From positions 1 to 38,324 of IMG/VR virus record IMGVR_UViG_3300025621_000024: 38,324 bases of DNA. One strand, written 5' to 3'. Below, in pieces: positions 25,962-34,878 of this stretch. Under the pieces are notes generated by a model. The model was not told the origin of the DNA. It saw only the letters and a list, made by a program, of their open reading frames with translations, and ran no database searches. The translations under genes and the position numbers were made by a program. Each line of letters opens with the position of its first letter. Within the stretch, counting starts at the first letter, position 1. Source of the stretch: a virus. Lineage: Duplodnaviria > Caudoviricetes.

Positions 25962-26831
25962 TTAACGTTCGCCACCGATCCAGATCACCTTGGCCACCAC
26001 GCGGATCATCTCCGCGTTGTCCGGTGGCACCACCTCGGTCTCGTAGCGCGGGTTGTCCGAGCGGATCTTCACACCGCCGTCGACCATCGCCTGCAGGCGC
26101 TTGCAGCGCAGCTCGCCGCCCTGCTCAATCAAGTAGATCCCATCGGCGCGGATCGTTTGCACCGAGGTGTCCACCAGAAGAATGTCCGCATCTCGCACGG
26201 TTGGCTCCATCGAGTCGCCGTCAGCGCTCACCACCGCGAGGTTTTCTGACTTGATGCCTCTGGAGGCCAACCAGGAACGCTTGAACGCGAAGCGCCCAAT
26301 GATCTCTTCGTTGTCCACCAGGTGGCCATTGCCCGCGCTGGCGCGCACGCCGTACTCAGGAATCATCGCGAACTCTGCCGCCGTCGACTGCGAGGCCGTT
26401 GGGGTCAAGTGGTCCGCCCCACCGTACAGATCCTGGACTTCGCACGAGAAGAGGCGCGACAGGCGCAGCAGCTCCCAAGCATTCGGCAGCACATCACCTC
26501 TTTCGAACTTGGCGATCGTGTTTGGGTGCCGCCCCATGTAGAGCGCTACATCGAGGCGGCTGCGGGTGCCCCTTAGTGTGCGCAGCCTCTCCCCCAGCTC
26601 TTTGCGAAACCCCTCGAAGGCGAGCTGCTCAGCGTCATGCACCAGCTCGACGCGATAGCCGTGGAGCGTCAACCCATCCACTTCAACGCCGCGAACGTCG
26701 AGAAAGTGTTCGCTTCCTGGCACACCGAGTTCGGCGGGCCAAGACAGGTGGCGCCGGTAGGGTGCGGATGCTTCGGCGGCCTCGGCTGGCTCTGCCGGCA
26801 CCACACCTTTAGACGTGTTTTTAGTGTCCAT
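25962..26831 (-). CDS. CI-like repressor (HTH_XRE + S24 autopeptidase)
   Basis: HTH LGERLRTLR...TIAKFERG..LP; SAGNG cleavage site; GDSMEP (Ser) and CKRL (Lys). Confidence 0.93.
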   Translation of the reverse strand: MDTKNTSKGVVPAEPAEAAEASAPYRRHLSWPAELGVPGSEHFLDVRGVEVDGLTLHGYRVELVHDAEQLAFEGFRKELGERLRTLRGTRSRLDVALYMGRHPNTIAKFERGDVLPNAWELLRLSRLFSCEVQDLYGGADHLTPTASQSTAAEFAMIPEYGVRASAGNGHLVDNEEIIGRFAFKRSWLASRGIKSENLAVVSADGDSMEPTVRDADILLVDTSVQTIRADGIYLIEQGGELRCKRLQAMVDGGVKIRSDNPRYETEVVPPDNAEMIRVVAKVIWIGGER

Positions 26832-26985
26832 GAACACAATTAAAGCATGCGTACACCTGAACGGGTATCCCCAAGGTGTGGTGTGTTACTTCAGTTGGTG
26901 AAATCAACACAGCATTGAGTGCTAAAAGTCCTCTTGCGTGAATCTGTTTGTGTGTCTATGATGATGGCTATGAACACACAAACAG
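26803..26985. promoter_or_regulatory. Immunity region: early promoter Pe and GTGT/ACAC operator-like inverted repeats
   Basis: TTGCGT(26934)-17-TATGAT(26957); perfect IR CTGTTTGTGTGT/ACACACAAACAG (26944-26985); further IRs TGTGTT/AACACA (26882-26911) and ACACCT/AGGTGT (26853-26879). Confidence 0.78.
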
Positions 26986-27272
26986 GTACGACCGCACACG
27001 ATTGGCACCCTGCTGACGTGAAGGCCGCACTCGAAAAGCGCGGTATCTCACTCAGGCAGCTCGCGCTTGCACACGGTTACAAGCACTTTCAAAGAGTGCT
27101 GAAGTCGCCCTGGTGGGCGGCCGAGCAGATCGTTGCCAAGGCCCTTGACTGCCCGGCCGAGCAGATCTGGCCCACCCGTTATGCAGAGTCGCGCACTCGC
27201 GCTCGGAACATGACCCACAAGATCTCTGTCTCGCGTCGCGGTCAGATCCGTTGCCATGAGGGCCGCTCATGA
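26970..27272 (+). CDS. ner: Ner-like (Cro-analogue) HTH regulator
   Basis: DWHPADVKAALEKRG.SL..LA, AE..VA.AL...EQIWPTRY. Confidence 0.92.
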   Translation: MNTQTGTTAHDWHPADVKAALEKRGISLRQLALAHGYKHFQRVLKSPWWAAEQIVAKALDCPAEQIWPTRYAESRTRARNMTHKISVSRRGQIRCHEGRS

Positions 27273-29458
27273 CACAGTGGCTCACGATCCGCCAGCTCGA
27301 CGGCTTGCCGGGCATGCCCGCGCACATCTCCCGTCGCCGCGAGCTGCTTGACCGCCTGGGCGCACAGCGCCGGGAACGCTCTGCTCAGGGCGGTGGTTTT
27401 GAGTACCTGGCCAGCACCCTGCCCGAGGAGATTCGCCAAGCGCTGGCCGCCCGCGCCGCCAGCACGGTGGCCGGTGTTGTGAAGCCTGCGGTGGATGCAA
27501 TGGAGGCTGGGCGCCACGCCCGGCACTCCGCCCAGGTCCAGGCATGCGCCGATGCGATGGCCCGCTACGGGGTGGCGCTCTCAGCACGCGGCGGCTTCGA
27601 CCCAGCCACCAACCCGCGCCTGGACCTGTTCCAACGCTTCGAGACGTACCACCGCGCACGCGGCGGCGCCGTCTGGCCAGCCATTCAGGAGTTCTGCGCA
27701 CTGTGGGGGCGCGGCGAGGTCGAGGCTCTGCCAGCGACCCGCGCCGCCTACCCAGCGCTGCCGGCGAAGACGCTGGACAAGTGGTACCGCGTGTGGCGGC
27801 TCAATGGCGTGGAGGCGCTTCTGGAGCGCAAGCCGCGCAAGGACAAGGGCCAGAGCCAGCTGGCGCGTGATGACGAGCTGCACAGCGTGTTCGTCGCGGC
27901 CGTGGCCGAAATGCACGATCCGACCGCCCGCCAGGTGCACCGCGTCATCGTCCACCAGCTCGGCGAAGAGCGCACCCCGGCCATTGGCACCCTCAAGCGT
28001 TGGCTGCGTGAATACCGCGACACCAACAAGGTGGCCTTGCTCAAGTTGAAGAACCCGGACGGCTGGCGCAACAAGTACATGCCGGCGTTCGGCAGCCGCA
28101 GCGAGCACATCCTGCAGGTGAACGAGGAATGGCAGCTCGACTCAACGATCGCCGACGCGCAGCAGCGCGTCGAGATCGCCTTCAACATGCCCGATGGGCA
28201 GACCGGCGAAATCCGGCGCCACGCCCTGGTGGCTGTCATCGACGTGTTCACGCGCCGCGCCCAGGTGCTGGTCTCCCGCACGAGTAGCTCGAACGCGGTC
28301 AAGGCTGTGACGCGCAGCGCCATGCTCGCCTGGGGCCAGCCGCAGCGGGTGAAGACCGACAACGGCAAGGATTACACGGCCGTCGACTACGACTTCGCCC
28401 TGGACGCCCTCAAGGTCGGCCACCTGCTTTGCACGCCTTTTTCGCCAGATCAAAAGCCCTTTATCGAGCGGTTCCTGGGCACGCTCATGCACGACTTGTT
28501 CCCCATGCTGCAGGGCTTTGTCGGACACGACATCGCCATGCGCAAGGCGATCGAATCGGCCAAGAGCTTTGCGCAGCGCTTCGGCGACAAGGGTGTCGAC
28601 CTGCGCATGACGCCCGAGCGCCTGCAGGAGGTCATCAACGGCTGGCTCGACGAATACCACGGCCGCGTGCACAGCGAGCTGGGCTGCAGCCCGAACGCGA
28701 TGGCCGAGCGCCACACGACGCACGTCGTGCGCATCGACGAGCGCGCCCTCGACCTCTTCATGATGCCGGTCGCCGGAAACGGCCTGCGCATGGTCACCAA
28801 GCGTGGCATCAGTCTGGAGAACGCCTGGTTTGCCGCCCCGGCCCTGGCCGCCGTCATGGGCCAGCAGGTGTATTGCCGCCAGGACGAAGGCGACCTGGGC
28901 GCGCTGCATGTATTCGCTCTCGACGGCGCATACATCTGCCGCGCCCTGGACCACACCCGCCTGGGCATCAACCGCTCCGAGCTGGCCGCCAAGACCCGTG
29001 CCATCGAGAGCGCCACCGTCAAGCCGATGGTGGATGCCATGCGCAAGGCCGGCAAGCGTGGGCTCACCGCCAAGGCTGTGGCTTCGATCTACGCCGAGCG
29101 CCAGGAAGCGGCAGTCGAGCAGGCCAGCAACGTCACGCGCCTGTCGCCACGTGTGGTGCAGGAGTCCACCCCGGCCGTGGAGAGCTACCTCGCCAGCAAG
29201 GACACCACGGTGGCGGATGAGTCGCGCCAGGCAGCGCGCGCCGCCTTCGATGAACCCGCAACGGCTGCGCCGGTGCTGCGCCTGGACACGCCCCGCCAGC
29301 GCTACAGCGCCTGGGTGCGCATGACCGCGCGCACGGATGCCGGTGAGCAGCTCAGCGCACGCGATGCCGAGTGGCTGCGCAGCTACCAGGGCTCCAACGA
29401 ATACGAGGCATGGCACTCGATGCAGGAGGGCGTGGACCCACTCGCAGGGGTGGGGTGA
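27269..29458 (+). CDS. Mu-type DDE transposase A
   Basis: N-terminal Mu HTH (GLPGMP, GGGFEY...LPEE), catalytic WQLDST / TDNGKDY / KPFIERF. Confidence 0.96.
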   Translation: MTQWLTIRQLDGLPGMPAHISRRRELLDRLGAQRRERSAQGGGFEYLASTLPEEIRQALAARAASTVAGVVKPAVDAMEAGRHARHSAQVQACADAMARYGVALSARGGFDPATNPRLDLFQRFETYHRARGGAVWPAIQEFCALWGRGEVEALPATRAAYPALPAKTLDKWYRVWRLNGVEALLERKPRKDKGQSQLARDDELHSVFVAAVAEMHDPTARQVHRVIVHQLGEERTPAIGTLKRWLREYRDTNKVALLKLKNPDGWRNKYMPAFGSRSEHILQVNEEWQLDSTIADAQQRVEIAFNMPDGQTGEIRRHALVAVIDVFTRRAQVLVSRTSSSNAVKAVTRSAMLAWGQPQRVKTDNGKDYTAVDYDFALDALKVGHLLCTPFSPDQKPFIERFLGTLMHDLFPMLQGFVGHDIAMRKAIESAKSFAQRFGDKGVDLRMTPERLQEVINGWLDEYHGRVHSELGCSPNAMAERHTTHVVRIDERALDLFMMPVAGNGLRMVTKRGISLENAWFAAPALAAVMGQQVYCRQDEGDLGALHVFALDGAYICRALDHTRLGINRSELAAKTRAIESATVKPMVDAMRKAGKRGLTAKAVASIYAERQEAAVEQASNVTRLSPRVVQESTPAVESYLASKDTTVADESRQAARAAFDEPATAAPVLRLDTPRQRYSAWVRMTARTDAGEQLSARDAEWLRSYQGSNEYEAWHSMQEGVDPLAGVG

Positions 29459-29467
29459 GAGCAGAGC

Positions 29468-29535
29468 AAAAGAAAGCCCGCCAGGGTGCGTCAACACCGA
29501 GGCGGGCGGGGATGTCGATTAGGCCAACCAACAAG
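29468..29535 (-). ncRNA. Candidate antisense sRNA in the A-B intergenic region
   Basis: Minus-strand promoter TTGCGT(29569-29564)-17-TACACT(29546-29541); terminator GCCCGCC..GGTG-TTGACG-CACC..GGCGGGC + TTTCTTTT. Confidence 0.65.
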
Positions 29536-29545
29536 AGGAAAGTGT

Positions 29546-30277
29546 ATGGCAAAGGTTTTTGATACGCAAATCGCAGGCACCGGGGTGGCGAAGCTCGCCA
29601 ACGTGGGCCTCGCACTCACGGCCATGAAACAGATCATGGCCGCCACACCACAAATGCCCCGCATCGCGGTGCTGTCCGGGCCAGCTGGGTTCGGCAAGAG
29701 CCAAGCGGCAATGCACCTGGCGCACCCGCTGGGCACCAACGCGGCATTCGTTCAGCTGCGCATGTTCGACACCACCAAGACGATGGCGCAGCTCATCCTG
29801 ACCGAGCTGGACATCCGCTGGAAGCCGCAGTGGGCAACGGCTCAGATGTTCGACGCGATCTGCGAGCGGCTGCTGCAGATGAATCGGCCTCTCGTGATCG
29901 ACGAGTTTGACCACATCGCCGAGAAGAGCTGCGTGGACTTCATCCGCGCGATCCACGACCAGTGCGGCACGCCCATCTTCCTGATCGGTGAGGAGCGGCT
30001 GCAGCAGAAGCTGCTCTCGCGCCATGAGCGTTTTCACGACCGGGTGCTGACCTGGGCGCGGGCGATCCCCTGCGACGCGGACGACGCGGCAGCGCTGACC
30101 AAGCACTACGCGCCAGGTCTGGCCTGGGAGTCTGCTGCGGTGGACGCCCTGGTGGGTGCCACCGGCGGCGTGGCGCGCCGGATCACCACCGAGATTGAGC
30201 GCATCAAAGAAGAAGCCAAGCGCAAGGGCCTGGACAAGGTCAGCGTCGACATGGTGAGCCGGGGGGCGCGTCGATGA
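29546..30277 (+). CDS. Transposition ATPase B (AAA+)
   Basis: Walker A GPAGFGKS, Walker B LVIDEFD, LIGEE, ERFHDRV; GAGG SD before ATG 29546. Confidence 0.94.
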   Translation: MAKVFDTQIAGTGVAKLANVGLALTAMKQIMAATPQMPRIAVLSGPAGFGKSQAAMHLAHPLGTNAAFVQLRMFDTTKTMAQLILTELDIRWKPQWATAQMFDAICERLLQMNRPLVIDEFDHIAEKSCVDFIRAIHDQCGTPIFLIGEERLQQKLLSRHERFHDRVLTWARAIPCDADDAAALTKHYAPGLAWESAAVDALVGATGGVARRITTEIERIKEEAKRKGLDKVSVDMVSRGARR

Positions 30278-30558
30278 AAAGCACGCTCTACGGTGACCTC
30301 GATGTCATCGTTTATCCGGTGAAGGAGCTTCCAGTGACGGTGGGCGGCCGCGCTGAGCTTTGCACCGTTCGCGGCGAGGTGATGGGCCACCGGATCAACA
30401 CCGCGATCACGCTTGACGTGAACACCGGCGAGGTGCTGCTCTTCAGCCCGGACCTCTTTGTGGGCACGTTCCGCTTGGGCGACCTGATCACCGCGCACGT
30501 GATTCGTCAGATGGCGCAGGCACAGCAGGAGGGCCGGTATGCCGCGAAAACCCATTGA
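30274..30558 (+). CDS. Hypothetical protein
   Basis: ATGA overlap with B. Confidence 0.7.
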   Translation: MKSTLYGDLDVIVYPVKELPVTVGGRAELCTVRGEVMGHRINTAITLDVNTGEVLLFSPDLFVGTFRLGDLITAHVIRQMAQAQQEGRYAAKTH

Positions 30559-31168
30559 GGTCGAGACGCGCGGCCTGCTCACACCGCGCCAGCGTGTGTG
30601 GATCGCAGTCCGCAAGCTGCGCAAGGGCTTCACCGTCTGGTCGGTGCAGGACGCCTGCATGCCGATGGTCGAGTTCGGCATCTGCAAGGACTACCTACGC
30701 GACCTGGAGACCTCTGGCTTCATCGCTCGCGGCAAGGACAGCGTGCCTGTGCCTGGAAAGGGCATCAAGCGCTCGGCCCCGGAGTTCGACCTGGTCAAGG
30801 ATCCGTTCGATGCGCCTCGGCTGCGGCGCGGCAAGGTGATCACTGGCGGCGCGGGCATGCAGGCCATGTGGACTGCCATGAAGGTGCACAAGCGCTTTAC
30901 CTGCGACCAGCTCGCCAGCGCCGCTTCGTTCGAGGGCATGGAGGTGAAGCTCAAGACGGCGATGAACTACGTGGGCGCGCTCACGAAGTCCGGCCACGTG
31001 AAGGTCATCAACCCAGCGGCCAAAGACAAACCGGGCGTCTATGCCCTGGTGAAGAACACCGGCGCCTACGCGCCCGCCATCACCGGGCTCAAGTGTGTGT
31101 TCGACCGCAACACGGGCGAGCTGGCACCCATGCAAACCCCTCAGGAGGTGTGCGATGGCCTTGAGTAA
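30539..31168 (+). CDS. Tandem winged-helix DNA-binding protein
   Basis: Two repeats of W.A(V/M)(R/K)...FT, Y..L..SG; NTG.YAP; VFDRNTGE. Confidence 0.8.
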   Translation: MPRKPIEVETRGLLTPRQRVWIAVRKLRKGFTVWSVQDACMPMVEFGICKDYLRDLETSGFIARGKDSVPVPGKGIKRSAPEFDLVKDPFDAPRLRRGKVITGGAGMQAMWTAMKVHKRFTCDQLASAASFEGMEVKLKTAMNYVGALTKSGHVKVINPAAKDKPGVYALVKNTGAYAPAITGLKCVFDRNTGELAPMQTPQEVCDGLE

Positions 31169-31505
31169 ACCGCGCACCGCCAGGCGCCTGCCTGCTGACG
31201 TGAAGGCCGCGCTGGCCGAGGCCTGCAAGCGCCTGGGCACCCAGGCCAAGGTGGGCGTTGAGCTGAAGGTCTCCGCGCCGGTGGTGAGCCAGCTGCTCAA
31301 AGACAGCTACATGGGCGACGTTGACACGCTGGCCGACCGAATCCGCGGCCTGTACATGGCCGAGACGGTGCGCTGCCCGGTCATGGGCGATATCGGCCGC
31401 AACAACTGCCTGGACTACCAGAAGCGGCCCCTGGCCTTCACCAACTCGCAGCGCGCCGCGCTGCACCAGGCCTGCAAGACCTGCCCCAACCGAAAGGAAG
31501 CGTGA
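31155..31505 (+). CDS. HTH regulator with C-terminal Cys cluster
   Basis: TQAKVG.EL.VS..VVSQLL...Y.GD; CPVMG..C, C..CP. Confidence 0.82.
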   Translation: MALSKPRTARRLPADVKAALAEACKRLGTQAKVGVELKVSAPVVSQLLKDSYMGDVDTLADRIRGLYMAETVRCPVMGDIGRNNCLDYQKRPLAFTNSQRAALHQACKTCPNRKEA

Positions 31506-31744
31506 TGAGCCCCCATTCATTCATCAACCGCCCACCGGTGGTCTACCGGACCAGGACGCCCTGGTGGATTCGCCTGGCGCGCCGCGCTGCCCCCTGGGTT
31601 GTGTTGGCGGCGCTGGGCCTGGGCCTGGTGTCCGGCACCACGCTCCTGATCGCCAAGCTCCACGCCACCCAGTCCCAGCTCGACCAGGCGCACCTGGCCG
31701 GCATGGCGCTGGGCATGACCACCTGCGCGGGACCGAAGCCATGA
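31505..31744 (+). CDS. Small membrane protein
   Basis: One TM segment; coupled start/stop overlaps. Confidence 0.65.
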   Translation: MSPHSFINRPPVVYRTRTPWWIRLARRAAPWVVLAALGLGLVSGTTLLIAKLHATQSQLDQAHLAGMALGMTTCAGPKP

Positions 31745-32016
31745 GCACCGGCAATACGGCGATCACGCTGGCCAGCCGCGCCATGTGGCTGATGCTGCGC
31801 AACGACGGCGGCTGGTGGACCTTGGTCGCGCTCACGCGGCAGTGGGAGCCCACCTTCACCCAGGACGAGGTCGCGGACCTGTTGGCAGGCTTGGAGCAAG
31901 GCCAATTCGTGGTGCGCCGCGATCCACGTGCGGCCGTGCCCAGTTTCGCGGTGACTGCGGACTGCCGTGCCCTTCCAGGCACAGCACCGCTGGCACAGGA
32001 AAGGCTGGCCGCATGA
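31741..32016 (+). CDS. Hypothetical protein (possible wHTH)
   Basis: ATGA overlaps at both ends. Confidence 0.7.
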   Translation: MSTGNTAITLASRAMWLMLRNDGGWWTLVALTRQWEPTFTQDEVADLLAGLEQGQFVVRRDPRAAVPSFAVTADCRALPGTAPLAQERLAA

Positions 32017-32588
32017 GCCACGTTCAATGCCCGGCCTGCGGCGCGGAGATGAGCCTGGACGTGTGCCTGTCACACGAGGCGCTGCGCCGCGCCACCTTCG
32101 AGCTGCTCACCATCAGCCTGCCCCTGGGCGCCCTAGTGATGCGCTACATCGCGCTCTTCAAGCCCGCCAAGAACAGGCTCAGCCCGGACCGCATGGCCAA
32201 GCTGGTGCAGCAGCTGCTGCCCGACATGCAGCGCTGCGTCATCAACCACAAGGGCCGCGAGTGGCACATGCCCATGACCGGCTGGCGCGCTGGCCTGGAG
32301 ACCATGCTGGAGAAGGCAGCGGCCGACAAGCTCAGCCTGCCGCTTGACAACCACCAGTACCTCTACACGGTGCTGGCTGGCATGGCCGACAAGGTCGAGG
32401 CCACCGATGAGCAGGCCCACGAGCAGCAGCGCCGCACGCAGCGAGCACCCACCACCAACACCGGTCCCGTGAGCGTGGCCACCGCAGTGGCCCAGGCCGT
32501 TGCCACGCCGCGCGGAGTGCCCGCGTACATCCGGGAGCAAGCCGCTGCCATCAAGCGTGGCGAACCCATCTCAAGGAGTGAATCGTGA
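32013..32588 (+). CDS. Mu-like early protein with N-terminal CxxC
   Basis: CPACGAEMSLD, Y.ALFKP.K, LPL.NH.YL. Confidence 0.8.
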   Translation: MSHVQCPACGAEMSLDVCLSHEALRRATFELLTISLPLGALVMRYIALFKPAKNRLSPDRMAKLVQQLLPDMQRCVINHKGREWHMPMTGWRAGLETMLEKAAADKLSLPLDNHQYLYTVLAGMADKVEATDEQAHEQQRRTQRAPTTNTGPVSVATAVAQAVATPRGVPAYIREQAAAIKRGEPISRSES

Positions 32589-32959
32589 TTGACACATCCC
32601 GCGTTGACATCAACAAGGCCCAGGTGCTCGCCGAGCTGCAGCGCCACGTTGGCCGCGAGAACGGCGTTCACATGCGCGACCTGGTCGCGCGCATCTTGAA
32701 CTCGGTGCTCACGTCTGACGCTGCCGAGAGGAAGGTGCGTGAGGCGATCGCCGAGCTGCGCAGCATGGGGCACCAGATCTGCGCGCACCCGGCCAGCGGC
32801 TACTACATGGCCGCCAACGCCAGCGAGCTGGACGCCACCTGCCGCTTCCTGCTCGACCGATCGCAGTCCACCGTCAACCAGGTGGGCGCCATGAAAAGCA
32901 CTTTCCCCCCAGATCTCTACGAGGCCCTCGGCGTGCGCAAGCACGGCCCGAACGCCTGA
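32585..32959 (+). CDS. Winged-helix protein
   Basis: H.GRENG, ER.VR.AI.ELR..G..ICAHP..GYY. Confidence 0.8.
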   Translation: MIDTSRVDINKAQVLAELQRHVGRENGVHMRDLVARILNSVLTSDAAERKVREAIAELRSMGHQICAHPASGYYMAANASELDATCRFLLDRSQSTVNQVGAMKSTFPPDLYEALGVRKHGPNA

Positions 32960-32988
32960 CCCATCACCACCCTTCAAAGAGGCCTTCA

Positions 32989-33531
32989 ATGAGCAATGAA
33001 ATGAAACCCATCGAGGACGCGTGCAAGGAAGCTCGCGACGCTCGCCAGATCCTGGAAGACCGCGCCCAGGCGCTCCAGGACGAGATCGCCGCTGCACAGC
33101 GGCGAAAGATGAAGGGCCTCCGGGCCGCTGTCGCTGCTGTGGCCGAGGCCGACGCCAAGGTGCTGACCGCCCTGCAGGCGTCGCCACACCTGTTCACGAA
33201 GCCGAAGAGCGTGGTGTTCCACGGTCTGAAGGTGGGATACAAGAAGGGCGGAGGCTCCATCCAGATCGACGATGACGAACGCGTGATCAAGCTGATTCGC
33301 AAGCACCTGGCAGATAAGGCAGAGGCGCTGATCAACGTCAAGGAAACTCCGATGAAGGACGGCCTGCGCAACCTGAGCGGTGCTGAGCTGCAGAAGATCG
33401 GCGTGACGGTTGAGGGCACTGGCGACGTGGTGTTCCTGGCCGACGCCACCAGCAGCGTGGACAAGTTGGTCAAGGCGCTGCTCAAGGGCGTTGAGGCCGA
33501 GCAGGAAGAAGACGCCGAGGTGGAAGCATGA
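32989..33531 (+). CDS. gam: Host-nuclease inhibitor Gam-like protein
   Basis: N-terminal coiled coil, LF.KPKS..FHG.KVGY.K, LI.VKE.P.K, L.KIGV; GAGG SD. Confidence 0.75.
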   Translation: MSNEMKPIEDACKEARDARQILEDRAQALQDEIAAAQRRKMKGLRAAVAAVAEADAKVLTALQASPHLFTKPKSVVFHGLKVGYKKGGGSIQIDDDERVIKLIRKHLADKAEALINVKETPMKDGLRNLSGAELQKIGVTVEGTGDVVFLADATSSVDKLVKALLKGVEAEQEEDAEVEA

Positions 33532-33803
33532 GCGCCACCTCCAAAAAACTGATTGCACACGCATGGACCGGCTTCGAAGGCATGGTCATTTCGGCGCAAG
33601 CGGATGCTCTGCAGCGAAGCGAGATGCAGCTTGCCTTCTACGCTGGTGCCACGGCGGTGCTGAGCGCGATGGTCGCTATCTCTCGCGACAACGTGAGTGA
33701 AGCCACGGGCGTGGAAGTCCTTGCGGGGATGCATGCCGAAGTTCGCGAGTTCTCTGAGCGGCTCTCGTCCGTCGGGCGGCAAGACAGCCCCACCAGTCAC
33801 TGA
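33528..33803 (+). CDS. Hypothetical protein
   Basis: ATGA overlap; Q..EM..AFYAGA motif. Confidence 0.75.
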   Translation: MSATSKKLIAHAWTGFEGMVISAQADALQRSEMQLAFYAGATAVLSAMVAISRDNVSEATGVEVLAGMHAEVREFSERLSSVGRQDSPTSH

Positions 33804-33815
33804 CCGGGGCTGAGC

Positions 33816-34025
33816 ATGAGCATCACCAGCAGCCCCATCCAGATGGCCATGTCAGGCCAGGGCTACCAAACCGCGATGCAGCGCCCGCGCTGCGGCAACT
33901 GCAAACACTTCCGCGAGGGCGACAACCCCAACCTGGTGGACCAGTGCCGCCTGGGCGCATTCATGGTGGGCCGCTGGGCCGTGTGCCAGAAGCACGAGTT
34001 CAAGCCACGCGGTGAGAAGCCATGA
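33816..34025 (+). CDS. Small Cys-rich protein
   Basis: CGNCKHF...C......C..H. Confidence 0.7.
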   Translation: MSITSSPIQMAMSGQGYQTAMQRPRCGNCKHFREGDNPNLVDQCRLGAFMVGRWAVCQKHEFKPRGEKP

Positions 34026-34297
34026 CCAGTGCATCGCCACGCCTCATGTGCCTTGCCTGCGAGCAGATCGAAGTGACGCTGCTCGAAGCCTTGTGCTCGA
34101 ACTGCCGCGCGGTGCTCGACGCCGGTGGTGACCTCGGCGACGTCGGCGCGCCGCCACCCAACACCGCGCGGGTCCAGATCGGGCCGCTCGATGTCTCCAG
34201 TTGCCTCCCTGATCAAGTTGCCGACGCCACCACCGGCCGCTTGACTTTTCCCCGGCCGGTCTCGGCTGGCCGGGGGTTTTCTTTTTCAGCTCGTTGA
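34022..34297 (+). CDS. Small CxxC-CxxC protein (3' part overlaps a terminator)
   Basis: ATGA overlap; CLAC...CSNC. Confidence 0.55.
   Translation: MTSASPRLMCLACEQIEVTLLEALCSNCRAVLDAGGDLGDVGAPPPNTARVQIGPLDVSSCLPDQVADATTGRLTFPRPVSAGRGFSFSAR
34250..34286 (+). terminator. Rho-independent terminator within the early operon
   Basis: CCCCGGCCGG/CTGGCCGGGG stem followed by GTTTTCTTTTT. Confidence 0.8.
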
Positions 34298-34308
34298 AAG
34301 GGCTTCCT

Positions 34309-34878
34309 ATGTCCATCACATTGCGCACCACCATCGCCGAGCTGAAAGCCTGGCATGCCACGTGCAAGAGTCTGTCCTTCTACGGACGCAAGCTCGATGT
34401 CCGCTGCGGAGACCTGGTGCGGCTCGTAGAAGACGCTGAGGCAGCCCACCAGCTCCATGCCCTGGTGAACACACCCGAGCTGGTGGAATTCGCAAGCGCG
34501 ATCCACCTGGAGGCGGTGCACCAGCTCGACAAATTTGGGAGCGCCGATCGCCACGGGAAGAAACCCGTGGACTGGTACTGGCTCGTGGCGCACCTGGCCG
34601 GCCGTTCCCTGGAGCACCACAAGGAAGCCGAGCGCCTGGAGCAGGTGGTGAACGGTTTGCACCGGGCCGACGCCGTGCTGATGGGCACGCTGCGCGACCA
34701 GATCGCGTACCACCGGCAGAAGGCGGTGCATCACACCATCACGGCTGCTGCAGCGCTGAACCACTGGCATGCGTCCATCGTCGGGCGCCCAACCGCCATG
34801 CGGCCTGGTGCCGATGCGCCCGCCACCGACTTCCCGCCGCTTGACACCAGCAGCCTGGAGGTCACATGCCAACAGTGA
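34309..34878 (+). CDS. Hypothetical protein
   Basis: NTPE...F..A..LEA.HQ, DW.WLV..LAG, KA.HHTIT.AAAL..WH; GC-biased codons. Confidence 0.78.
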   Translation: MSITLRTTIAELKAWHATCKSLSFYGRKLDVRCGDLVRLVEDAEAAHQLHALVNTPELVEFASAIHLEAVHQLDKFGSADRHGKKPVDWYWLVAHLAGRSLEHHKEAERLEQVVNGLHRADAVLMGTLRDQIAYHRQKAVHHTITAAAALNHWHASIVGRPTAMRPGADAPATDFPPLDTSSLEVTCQQ

